Positions 23,482 to 32,396 of a DNA stretch of 38,622 nucleotides are shown piece by piece. The stretch covers positions 1 to 38,622 of IMG/VR virus record IMGVR_UViG_3300006129_000015; one strand, given 5' to 3'. The stretch's first letter is position 1; each line of letters starts with the position of its first letter. Origin of the DNA: a virus. Taxonomy: Duplodnaviria > Caudoviricetes. The position numbers and the translations under genes are program-made. The notes beneath the pieces were generated by a model. The model was not told the origin of the DNA, made no database searches, and was given only the letters and a program-made list of their open reading frames with translations.

Positions 23482-25821
23482 TTAGAGTTTACACGCAAGA
23501 CAATCGGAATCATCGTCTTCATAATCGGCAACTGGTAATGTTTGTGCAGTTTCAATTTGATCACTTTTAATACCAATTTTATTAGTAATATTGTAGTACA
23601 GTGTCTTTATTCCCCAATAGTGAGCCATCATTAGGTTCTTAGCAATTAACGTCGCTGGAATTTTACCATTTTCAAAATATTTGGGTGAATAAAATGTGTT
23701 AGTACTTATGCTTTGATCCACATAAGCAGCTAGTACCGCAGCAGTTTTTAGATATTCAATGCAATCAGGTTGATCCCACATTAGTTGATATCGGTTTTTC
23801 AATTTTTTATATTCCGGAACTACTTGAACAAATGCACCAGCCTTGCTTTCTTTGGTTGATATGAGTGCCATGGGAAGTTCAATACCATTTGTGCTATTGA
23901 TACAGACCGAACTTGATTCGACTGGGGCTATGGCTGATAAGGTAGCATTTCGAACACCATATTTTATCATTTGCTGCCGCAATGGTTCCCAATCTAAAAT
24001 TGGTGTAAAATCTGTTAAATCATTAATTCCCGCATTGCGTTTTTCCCAAGGAAAAATTCCTTTCCCATAACATGTTCTCGAACTGGCTTGACAAGCACCT
24101 CGTTGTTGAGCTAATTCTACAGTTGCTTCAGTTAAAAAGTATGTTTGGTGTTCCATCCATTTTTTTACTTCAGCGAGTGCATTTTCATCACCATATTTCA
24201 AATTACGCTTAGCGTGCCAGTAGGCAAGATTAGTTACTCCAATTCCCAGGGGCTCATATAACTCATTAGCACGTTTACTTTGTATACTTAGAAAATCTTG
24301 ATACCCCAATATATTGCTCAAACTTCTAACCAATAATCGGCAGGCTTTTCTCATGTCCTGAGGATTTTTAAATTCTCCCCAATTTACAGACCCCAAAGTA
24401 CACAGGCTTATTATACCATTTTCATCTTCTAATCTCTGAAAAGGCTTGGATGGCAAACAGATCTCGACACAAAGGTTCGTTTGATATACAGTATCTATCT
24501 TACTATCAAACGAACCTTGATTCATTACATTATCTATATTCATCAGATAAATGCGGCCAGTATCAGTTCGTTCTTTTAACAATCCGTTTTTAATTACTTC
24601 TTCAGCACTCAATATTTTTTTACTAATTGCGGGATTCTTTTCATACTCAACATATAGCTTTTCAAATAATGCAGTGTCTTGATAAAAAGCTTCATATAAG
24701 TCTGGAACATCATATGGATCAAAAAGAGTTATATTACCACCTTCTTTGAATCTTCTCCAGAAGAAAGCATTCATAACTACACAATAATCAAATTGCCTAA
24801 TACGAGTTTCTTCAGTGCCTTGGTTATTTTTTAATACTATAAAGTCTTCAAATTGCTTATGCCATATTTGTAAATTAATGGTACAACTAGCATTTCTGAT
24901 ACCACCCTGAGAACAAGAGCGGAGATCACCAAACCATTTTTTCAAAAATGGCAAAATACCAGTATGTGAAATTTCTCCTTTACGTATTGGTGCACCAACT
25001 GATCTAATTTTACTAATATCAAACCCAATACCAGCTCGTTTGGCTGCATATTTGGCCATCATTTCACCACTAGCAAATATACTATCAAGAGTATCATCTG
25101 TAGAAATCAAAACGCAAGACGAAAACTGTTTGGTAGTAGTTCCTAGTCCAGCCAACACAGGAGTTGCCAACGTAAACTGCCCACTGCTGGCGCAATCATA
25201 ATAATCCTTAACATACTTTAATCTTTTGCTGGGTTCTTCCATATGAAAAGCTGTTGCTGCTGCGACTGCATATCGAACCTGTGGCGTTTCATAAATTTTC
25301 CCAGTTGAACGATTTTGAACCAAATACTTTTCAGCCAGTTGAGCAATGGCAGCATAGGAATAGGATTCGTCCTTATCATGATCAATAAAAAGTTCTATGG
25401 TATCCCATTCTTGCTCAGTATACCACGTCAGCAATTCAGGAGTATACATTCCTGCTTCAATGTTCTTTTTTACAATATCATATAGACGAGGCGGTTGATA
25501 TTGTCCATAAACTTCTTTTCTTAACATTGATACTTTTTGTCGACCAGCCACATATTGATAATTCACATTGTTTATTTCTGGATTTTCTGATTCATCTATC
25601 AAATCCACCATGGCTTTGAGCAGCAGGCGATCAATTGTTTGTGTGCTGATTCCATCTTCTAATTGAATTTGAGCTTTGATTTCAATCATACTGGGACTTA
25701 CTCCATCTATGCCTTGACAACCATAAGCAACCTGTCTTTGAATTTTGCTAATATCTAATAATACTCGTTCGCCGTTTCTTTTGGTAACATAAATTTCTCT
25801 ATTAGTATTAGCTGATTTCAT
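23482..25821 (-). CDS. nrdA: ribonucleotide reductase class Ia alpha subunit with ATP cone
   Basis: 'VTKRNG', 'ETPQ', 'QFSSCVL', 'SQGGIR', 'TNLCVEI', 'NSTNGIE', C-terminal CLAC. Confidence 0.96.
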   Translation of the reverse strand: MKSANTNREIYVTKRNGERVLLDISKIQRQVAYGCQGIDGVSPSMIEIKAQIQLEDGISTQTIDRLLLKAMVDLIDESENPEINNVNYQYVAGRQKVSMLRKEVYGQYQPPRLYDIVKKNIEAGMYTPELLTWYTEQEWDTIELFIDHDKDESYSYAAIAQLAEKYLVQNRSTGKIYETPQVRYAVAAATAFHMEEPSKRLKYVKDYYDCASSGQFTLATPVLAGLGTTTKQFSSCVLISTDDTLDSIFASGEMMAKYAAKRAGIGFDISKIRSVGAPIRKGEISHTGILPFLKKWFGDLRSCSQGGIRNASCTINLQIWHKQFEDFIVLKNNQGTEETRIRQFDYCVVMNAFFWRRFKEGGNITLFDPYDVPDLYEAFYQDTALFEKLYVEYEKNPAISKKILSAEEVIKNGLLKERTDTGRIYLMNIDNVMNQGSFDSKIDTVYQTNLCVEICLPSKPFQRLEDENGIISLCTLGSVNWGEFKNPQDMRKACRLLVRSLSNILGYQDFLSIQSKRANELYEPLGIGVTNLAYWHAKRNLKYGDENALAEVKKWMEHQTYFLTEATVELAQQRGACQASSRTCYGKGIFPWEKRNAGINDLTDFTPILDWEPLRQQMIKYGVRNATLSAIAPVESSSVCINSTNGIELPMALISTKESKAGAFVQVVPEYKKLKNRYQLMWDQPDCIEYLKTAAVLAAYVDQSISTNTFYSPKYFENGKIPATLIAKNLMMAHYWGIKTLYYNITNKIGIKSDQIETAQTLPVADYEDDDSDCLACKL

Positions 25822-25903
25822 TTTTCCTGTTCTCTCATCTTCAATAGGTAGAATATTTACTGGAGGAAAAAATTAATTCTCCAATAAGTTTATAATTATT
25901 TTG

Positions 25904-26362
25904 TCAAGCTATACGGTGCTGTCTATCAGAAAATACATAGGATTGATGTAGTCTAAAATTGGCTGTTTCATTTGAAAATTCCAATATTTCCTGATATGGC
26001 AAGCAGGCCACATAACAATTATCTATTATAACTGCCAGTGATTGGAATGCGCTAGATTGATCTGATATTAATGACAAATATATGCGGTTGGTCCACACAG
26101 TATCGGTGGCATAAACCAAAGTATAGAAAATGGCTAATGCAACACTACTCTCATCATACTTGTTGGCAGCAATCATTTGCCAAGGGTCTGGCCAAGTTTC
26201 AGGCGCATCCCAATCCAATTGTCGCGCACTCATAATAGGAACAGATCGCCAAAATTCAAATGTTTGATCCAGTTGTTCTTTTTCTGGCAATTGGGAAATG
26301 GTTTTTCTAAATTGACGCCACTCAGTCTGAATTGTGGCGGGGTCTAATAAAAATCTATTCAT
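25904..26362 (-). CDS. hypothetical protein
   Basis: 152-aa ORF abutting the upstream structural gene. Confidence 0.65.
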   Translation of the reverse strand: MNRFLLDPATIQTEWRQFRKTISQLPEKEQLDQTFEFWRSVPIMSARQLDWDAPETWPDPWQMIAANKYDESSVALAIFYTLVYATDTVWTNRIYLSLISDQSSAFQSLAVIIDNCYVACLPYQEILEFSNETANFRLHQSYVFSDRQHRIA

Positions 26363-26363
26363 C

Positions 26364-27872
26364 TCAACTTACTCTTATCATTACTGCTGAACCAGATCTG
26401 TAAAATTCTCCAATTTGAACATTTCCTGCTGCCGCAGCAGCATCATTTGTAAAAGAATTGGTCTGTGCCAAACTATTACTTATTATTTTACCAAGTTGTG
26501 TCAAACTAATTACCACATTTGATCCAACTGTAAAATCCAAGCTCGCAGTTGAATTATTATATTTCACAGTCACATTGCCTAGATTGGTAGCTCCAAACAT
26601 GTTTCCTTGTGCGTCACCTGAATTAACGGCATTGAAATAAATTCTTTGATTTGCTGATAAAACAATGGCTGCTTGGTTAATGTCCAAGGTAGCACCAGTT
26701 GCATCCCATAATTTGGACCAGTTGCCAACTGGATTATATGCCACATCAGCAGTTACCAATCCAGTACTAGTAGGTCTGTCATGTATCCAATGTTTTGATA
26801 AACTTGCTGTACCAATGTTTCTATTATATGTGGTTTGATTTCCCACTACTGAAATATCGAAATTTTGATCCACAAAACTAATCGTTGAACCTGCCAATTG
26901 AACATTTGAAATTGCAGCAACTAAGTTGGCTTGCATGATCTGTGTTTTAGGCAATGCATCAACATATGTAGCATTGGTATTGGTGCTGGTTTGGGTTCCC
27001 GTAACATTCCAAACAGAAACATCACCCTGTCCAGAATGCCAAGTCCTAATGAAATTCGCGGCCGCAAAAGTTCTGCCATTTATTGTTGTATTGGCTGAAA
27101 CATTAATACCACCTGCATAATCATATAATTGGCCGGTCATCGCAGCCGTATCAAGTGTTCTATTATAGGTGGCTGTTTGGCCAACTAGATTACTGACTCT
27201 AACATATTGAGTGGATATGGCTCGGTCCCAGCCTTGATCAAAATATTGACCAATGTTTTGCGTTGTATCAGTTACTTCAGAATTGATAACTGCCCTGTTT
27301 CTAGCTTGACCAAATCCGCCCAGCACTATTTGTCCAGGTCCCCAGAAGGCCGTTTGAACCACAGCATTAGCAGACAATGCTGTAACATAACGGCCTTGTG
27401 GCACAAAAACAATTTCAGCAGCTTGTTCAGCATATTGCACAGCTATAGTGTTGTCTGTTGAACCGTCACCTATTGCAGCCCAATCCTTTAAGCTAGGAAT
27501 ATCATGCAATTTATCTTGTTGTGTTCTAAGCTGACCACCTGTTTCAGGAGGGACATAGTTAGTAGTTACGCCAGCAGTTGATCCAGTTACGACCAGGTTA
27601 GAGATCACAACGTTGGAATTACCAATTGACGTAATATTGATGTTTTGATCAGGAAGAGTGCCAGCAATTAATTGGCCAGTTATGTTTAACGCACCAGTCG
27701 TATCACTATATTGAGTGAGCAATTCGGTGTTTCCTCCGAATCCGGGCCCGTTACCTATAAACAATTGACGCGTATCTAGACAAAAGCCCAGTTCGCCTTC
27801 ATTTAAATTATTGGGAAGATCAGTTCTGAGTCCGCGACGAACTTGAACTCGTGAAATAGAAACAATAGCCAT
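26364..27872 (-). CDS. probable tail fibre/tailspike-like virion protein
   Basis: N-terminal 'RVQVRRG...L..GELGF..DT..LFIGNG' fibre-type module, 'KDWAAIGDG.TDNT.A' tailspike-like motif, N/T/G-rich; CATAAATA promoter and AAGGA RBS. Confidence 0.7.
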   Translation of the reverse strand: MAIVSISRVQVRRGLRTDLPNNLNEGELGFCLDTRQLFIGNGPGFGGNTELLTQYSDTTGALNITGQLIAGTLPDQNINITSIGNSNVVISNLVVTGSTAGVTTNYVPPETGGQLRTQQDKLHDIPSLKDWAAIGDGSTDNTIAVQYAEQAAEIVFVPQGRYVTALSANAVVQTAFWGPGQIVLGGFGQARNRAVINSEVTDTTQNIGQYFDQGWDRAISTQYVRVSNLVGQTATYNRTLDTAAMTGQLYDYAGGINVSANTTINGRTFAAANFIRTWHSGQGDVSVWNVTGTQTSTNTNATYVDALPKTQIMQANLVAAISNVQLAGSTISFVDQNFDISVVGNQTTYNRNIGTASLSKHWIHDRPTSTGLVTADVAYNPVGNWSKLWDATGATLDINQAAIVLSANQRIYFNAVNSGDAQGNMFGATNLGNVTVKYNNSTASLDFTVGSNVVISLTQLGKIISNSLAQTNSFTNDAAAAAGNVQIGEFYRSGSAVMIRVS

Positions 27873-27901
27873 TCAATATCCTTTGTATCGGATATTTATG
27901 C

Positions 27902-28147
27902 TTATTTGGCCTGGTTGATCAAATGTTGGCAGCTGATGATGAAAAGAATTTGGTCTTCTTTGTTCTTAAAATTAACTTGGTCCCATTTTTTTGAAATAAA
28001 ACAAAGACCACGCACACCAAACGTTTGATAAGTTGATATGTTGTTTCTAGAAAGCCAACCGTGCAATACTTGTCTGTCACCACTGGCCACAGTCAATCGA
28101 CCTTTCAATTTGACCGCATGGGGATAGGCTTCTAGTGGAGGCTTCAT
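27902..28147 (-). CDS. hypothetical protein
   Basis: ATGA-coupled to the ATPase gene. Confidence 0.55.
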   Translation of the reverse strand: MKPPLEAYPHAVKLKGRLTVASGDRQVLHGWLSRNNISTYQTFGVRGLCFISKKWDQVNFKNKEDQILFIISCQHLINQAK

Positions 28148-29139
28148 TGCTGACGCTTTTTTTCTACTCGGACTTGAAATGCTTCACTCAATCGACGCCA
28201 ACCATTTGGACTTGTCTTGACAAATTGGGCCAATTGAAGAACGGTTCTCAAACTGAAACTGCGAAAATCTGCATTGCGTTCATGTACATAATCCAGCAAG
28301 TCTTGAATCTGCCGGTCAGTCAAATCAAAACTATCGAGCAATCCATGTTTTTCTACCATGCTCTTAATTCTGCACCAAATTTCTCGTCGAGTATGTAGTG
28401 TCAGTGACAAGTAGAGGCTTCTATCCATAAGCGCCGAAAGATGCTTAGCAATTCCCGCACGATCCTTGTCAATAATCTTTTGAAAATCACAATTGGTAAT
28501 GAAAATAATCTGACCTTCAAATTCAAAACTCTTGGGCAGACCCAGATCAAGTACCGAGTCCGAATGATAACTGATGATGCGAGGATTGTTACCGCTTTCT
28601 AGAGCTGCCTTCAACAGATTAACTGAGTTTGAATCATAGAGAATTTGATCACTGTCATCCAGGATGAGCACTGAATTCAATTCCTTGTTTTCAAACAGTG
28701 TCTGGTAGAGTTGATATGCTGAAACAATGCTGCCCGTTACTTTGGTATATTCCAGGCCATTTTGATGTTTTTCTTTTTCCAAGATCTTTGTAATACCAGC
28801 GCTTTTTCCTATACCAGGCGCGCCACTAACAATGAGTGATCGGACGTCTCCTTGGGCTACACTGTGAGTAATTTCTTCTAGGATCGCAAATCGATCTTCG
28901 ATTCTAGCAATAATAGCTTCATCCGTTTCCAGTTCTTCAGGAGTGGCATTTGACAGGGTTGCATGATATTCAATTGATTGTTCATTGGGAATAGAAACTC
29001 GAATCACACCCATTCCAGGTATATCAAAATTACCATACCATCCTTTGGCACCCAATTTGATTGGACGCAACAGTTGACATTTGACATCTTCAATTGATTG
29101 ATTTCGATATCGTCCCGATAGAATGGTAACTTCCTGCAT
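28144..29139 (-). CDS. AAA-type P-loop ATPase
   Basis: Walker A GAPGIGKS, Walker B 'VLILDDSD', sensor 'IIFITN', 'ALMDRS'; AGGAG RBS. Confidence 0.85.
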   Translation of the reverse strand: MQEVTILSGRYRNQSIEDVKCQLLRPIKLGAKGWYGNFDIPGMGVIRVSIPNEQSIEYHATLSNATPEELETDEAIIARIEDRFAILEEITHSVAQGDVRSLIVSGAPGIGKSAGITKILEKEKHQNGLEYTKVTGSIVSAYQLYQTLFENKELNSVLILDDSDQILYDSNSVNLLKAALESGNNPRIISYHSDSVLDLGLPKSFEFEGQIIFITNCDFQKIIDKDRAGIAKHLSALMDRSLYLSLTLHTRREIWCRIKSMVEKHGLLDSFDLTDRQIQDLLDYVHERNADFRSFSLRTVLQLAQFVKTSPNGWRRLSEAFQVRVEKKRQQ

Positions 29140-29239
29140 TTATATTTTCTCCTATTGTTTGATTCTAATCGGTGAAAATTGACTTGTCAATTGCGAAAAA
29201 TGTGACAAAATTGTAAATAACTTGATGAAGGAGGTTACA

Positions 29240-29416
29240 ATGATCATATCAAACCAAACCCCAATCACTGAAATTGATATTCTCAAGATGAATGTCAACA
29301 CTCTGGAACAACAGCTTCGGTCTGCTTATATGAGAATCAACGAGCTTCGCGTTGAAGTTGAATCTTATAAGCAGACCAAAAAGAAAGCTGTTCAAAAATT
29401 ACCATCTGCTAGTTGA
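29240..29416 (+). CDS. small coiled-coil hypothetical protein
   Basis: AAGGAGG RBS before ATG at 29240; heptad pattern. Confidence 0.6.
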   Translation: MIISNQTPITEIDILKMNVNTLEQQLRSAYMRINELRVEVESYKQTKKKAVQKLPSAS

Positions 29417-29865
29417 AGACAACGGAGCCCAGCAGATCTCCAAAATGAAACTACTTGGTTTCTATCGTCAAATGCCATAGTAGGATCAAATCCATCTGCT
29501 CGCATTTTTTCCAAAATTTCTGCTTTGATAATATGATCCGCTCGATAATCTCGAGCTGGCCTCATATAAAGTCGTTCATAGACGAACCCATTGTCTGACA
29601 ACCAGTCTTCAGTTACCTGTCGTTGTTCTTCGCTGCGGCCAGAAGCAAACAGCATAGTAACTCCAGTCTGTCGAATTACATTATAAAGCCAGAGCACGTC
29701 TGGATAGACCGTGTCTAAATGCATGGTGTTGTTGAATGCACCCCAATTTTTGTTGCCATCTCGAACATAATGGCGTCGGTGACTGATGTTTGCTACCGTA
29801 CCATCAATATCAAAGATGACGGCCGTCGGGATTCCCAGTACTGGTGTTTCAATATTTTCCATCAT
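29392..29865 (-). CDS. HAD-family phosphatase resembling the 3'-phosphatase domain of polynucleotide kinase (PNKP)
   Basis: 'FDIDGT', 'SGR', 'LYMR...DYRAD.IIK', 'FDDR..VV..WR..GL.CLQ'. Confidence 0.88.
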   Translation of the reverse strand: MMENIETPVLGIPTAVIFDIDGTVANISHRRHYVRDGNKNWGAFNNTMHLDTVYPDVLWLYNVIRQTGVTMLFASGRSEEQRQVTEDWLSDNGFVYERLYMRPARDYRADHIIKAEILEKMRADGFDPTMAFDDRNQVVSFWRSAGLRCLQLADGNF

Positions 29866-29917
29866 TTTTCTTTTCCTAAGACACTTTTTTATACAAGCAT
29901 TAGGTTGATAAGTCAAC

Positions 29918-29942
29918 AAAAAAGGGCCGTTCGGCCCTCTTT
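29918..29942 (-). terminator. intrinsic terminator
   Basis: AGGGCCG-AA-CGGCCCU followed by a U-run on the minus strand. Confidence 0.75.
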
Positions 29943-29961
29943 GAAGACCTATATTGGTTGA

Positions 29962-30054
29962 TCAAATTCGGACAAACGATACTAACATGGATGCCATGAG
30001 TATCCAAAACATCGTCCAACCAACATTGTTGATCATTTCATAATGATGTTTCAT
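29962..30054 (-). CDS. 30-aa single-TM peptide
   Basis: MKHHYEMINNVGWTMFWILMASMLVSFVRI; AAGGAG RBS; own TATAAATA (30110-30117) and terminator. Confidence 0.6.
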   Translation of the reverse strand: MKHHYEMINNVGWTMFWILMASMLVSFVRI

Positions 30055-30200
30055 TGCTATCTCCTTTCCAAAGAAATGTGCAACAAATCGCTTTGCTGCA
30101 CTACCAACCTATTTATATAGAAATGCTTCTGAAAAAGCTACCACATAATCAATTTTTACAAAAAATTCATTTTTCTTGCATTAAACATTTAACGGAAGTA

Positions 30201-30899
30201 TCAGACCTTATAAAATTGTGCTATTCGGTCCCACATTTTTTGTTCATACAATCGCCAGTCAGATCCTTCTATCACAAATTCCAAATATTGTGGTTTTGAT
30301 TGTAGCGTATCTGGTTGCACACACATCATGATCACACCAGTTTCAATTTTTGTACCAAACATCTTGTTATGTGCGGTTCCATAAAATACTTCTTGTATGA
30401 AATAGTCTTCAATCCATTCTCGTTTTTTAATTTTGTTGGATTGTTTGTAGTCAATTATAGCAGGGCGACCTTTCCAAACACCTACCCCATCAGTTGTACC
30501 AGCATACAATTCACTGTAGTATAAAGCTGTTTCAATTCCCCAAAATTCTGAAACATTAGATAATCCATGTTCAATTATTTCATTGTGCATCAACCAACTG
30601 GGGATTGCCATGGGATTTGTTGGTTTCGGGTCAGGTTTTCCCAATACCCAATTTTCCAGATATTTGTGCATTCGAGTACCACGTGAACTGGATTCTTCTG
30701 AAATAGTCTGTGCTTTTTTATCACCAACACGTTTCCTCCAATTGTCTAATGACTGTTTACTGTCTAGTGGTTTAGTACTATCTAAAATAGTGGTAACAGA
30801 AGACAACAATTGTCCACATGGTGTTTGGTAAGTCCGGTGTCCATCAACTTCAACCCGAGACATGGGCAAATAATTAAATCGATTGGTAAGTGGGATCAT
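30201..30899 (-). CDS. PD-(D/E)XK exonuclease (phage Cas4-like/MGME1-like family)
   Basis: 'SVTTIL', 'RGTRMH..LE', 'E..LY...YAGTTD', 'IIDYKQS', 'DY.IQ...Y..AHN'. Confidence 0.85.
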   Translation of the reverse strand: MIPLTNRFNYLPMSRVEVDGHRTYQTPCGQLLSSVTTILDSTKPLDSKQSLDNWRKRVGDKKAQTISEESSSRGTRMHKYLENWVLGKPDPKPTNPMAIPSWLMHNEIIEHGLSNVSEFWGIETALYYSELYAGTTDGVGVWKGRPAIIDYKQSNKIKKREWIEDYFIQEVFYGTAHNKMFGTKIETGVIMMCVQPDTLQSKPQYLEFVIEGSDWRLYEQKMWDRIAQFYKV

Positions 30900-30917
30900 A
30901 TGCCAGTTTATTGAATT

Positions 30918-31424
30918 TCAAATCAAAGATGCTACTCTATTACGTTCCAATATTTGATATTCCTGATAATTGGCGATTTTTATAAATTGACTATTGGCAA
31001 ATACTTGTTTCAACATAATTGGTTCAATCGTCGTTTTCACAGATTGAAAATATATTTGATTTTCTTCAGAATCATTGATAAAATAAACGCCGGGCTTTAA
31101 CTCCACTTCAGACCCTGAACGACCTGATTTCAACCAAACACTGTCGGGTCCCAGGTATTGATATATGGAAATTATGCCATTGACAATACTTGGTTTTTTA
31201 TTTGAATTTCGCTGTTGCATCAAGTCTGCTATCTTTTCAGCAATTGATGCTTTGCCGTCACCAAACTCTCTAATTAAGAGTAGTCCTCGAATCGTGTCTG
31301 CTTTTTCCGGTAGTGCTTTTATTTCATCAACAGTCATAGTTCGACTGTTTTTCACTAATTCAATTATTCGGGGTTTTTTTGATGCCAACAATAGTTGATC
31401 GGGTCCATAGAGACTGCTGCGCAT
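30918..31424 (-). CDS. hypothetical protein
   Basis: 168-aa ORF in the late operon. Confidence 0.6.
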   Translation of the reverse strand: MRSSLYGPDQLLLASKKPRIIELVKNSRTMTVDEIKALPEKADTIRGLLLIREFGDGKASIAEKIADLMQQRNSNKKPSIVNGIISIYQYLGPDSVWLKSGRSGSEVELKPGVYFINDSEENQIYFQSVKTTIEPIMLKQVFANSQFIKIANYQEYQILERNRVASLI

Positions 31425-31428
31425 CAGC

Positions 31429-32055
31429 TCACCAATTGACCTGCCAATTGAATGTGTTTCCGGTCACAGTATTAGTTACTCGGTTTATATTATATCCCAG
31501 ATTAGTGAAGTAATTTATTACGGTTGCCATTTGATCTTGATAGGGAGCCGTTAAATTTACATTACTTGCAGGCATGTTTTGCCAAACATTATAATAGTCA
31601 GTAGCTGTATTCCAGGTCGTGATTAACAAATTACCTGTGCCGGGATTTGTAATATCAATGGGCGTTGGTATACCTGCGGTAGAATTTTCCAAACTAGCAG
31701 CCAGTTTAATATTGTTGGAATCTTGATAGATAGTCCAGTAAATTGTATTTGATGTTAGTGGCACTGCAATATTGCCCGTCCCTGTAACTGTGATTGGTGT
31801 GCCAGCAGGCAATTTATGATTGTTGATTGTAAATGAATTAGTTGAAGTATTAATGTTGGCATTTGAAACTGCAAATATTTGGTTGACCGTTGATGTCATA
31901 ATAGTTGTGTTAGTCACTGTTGCAGAATAATAACCCAATTTAACTGAATCAAGAACTGCTTCTTCAATAGTCCTAGCTTCTGAATGAATTATTTGATCTT
32001 TGACAGCATTTGTTCTAGCTTCAGTTGCAGTAATAAAAATGGTATTCCCACTCAA
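31429..32055 (-). CDS. probable virion structural protein
   Basis: N/T-rich with an internal 'NSFTINNH.L..G..I...' beta module. Track start is TTG at 32055; GTG at 32052 is not in frame. Confidence 0.6.
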   Translation of the reverse strand: MSGNTIFITATEARTNAVKDQIIHSEARTIEEAVLDSVKLGYYSATVTNTTIMTSTVNQIFAVSNANINTSTNSFTINNHKLPAGTPITVTGTGNIAVPLTSNTIYWTIYQDSNNIKLAASLENSTAGIPTPIDITNPGTGNLLITTWNTATDYYNVWQNMPASNVNLTAPYQDQMATVINYFTNLGYNINRVTNTVTGNTFNWQVNW

Positions 32056-32396
32056 GACAGACTCCTGTCTTTTTTCGCTGCTCGGTTTGCCATGTTCATC
32101 ACATGTTCAACATCATCAACTTCTTTATCACGGGGTTTGTCTTCAAATTTGGTCTCTTCTTCAGGTGTAAGATAAACTGTTTCATCATCCATGTGATCAA
32201 CAATAGGCAAATCCTCAAGTATATCATAGACTGTTGCAGCATCAACATCCACGTGAATATCAATCAACCCTTGTATGATATCTTGAATAGGCACAGAATT
32301 TTTGTCAGTTGCTTTATAAACAACTAGTTGATTAACAATTTCTTCTTTTACGTGATCTTCATATTCTGATTCACACAACAAGTCTCGATATCTCAT
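32052..32396 (-). CDS. acidic hypothetical protein (probable head protein)
   Basis: N-terminal MRYRDLLCES leader; ATGA coupling. Confidence 0.65.
   Translation of the reverse strand: MRYRDLLCESEYEDHVKEEIVNQLVVYKATDKNSVPIQDIIQGLIDIHVDVDAATVYDILEDLPIVDHMDDETVYLTPEEETKFEDKPRDKEVDDVEHVMNMANRAAKKDRSLS

Noticed and set aside
22372-25821. Introns or inteins in nrdA/nrdB (also checked for the topoisomerase genes)
   Set aside because: ORFs are continuous and of normal length with no intein motifs.
30201-30899. CRISPR Cas4 adaptation gene
   Set aside because: No four-Cys Fe-S motif and no cas1/cas2; a common stand-alone phage exonuclease.
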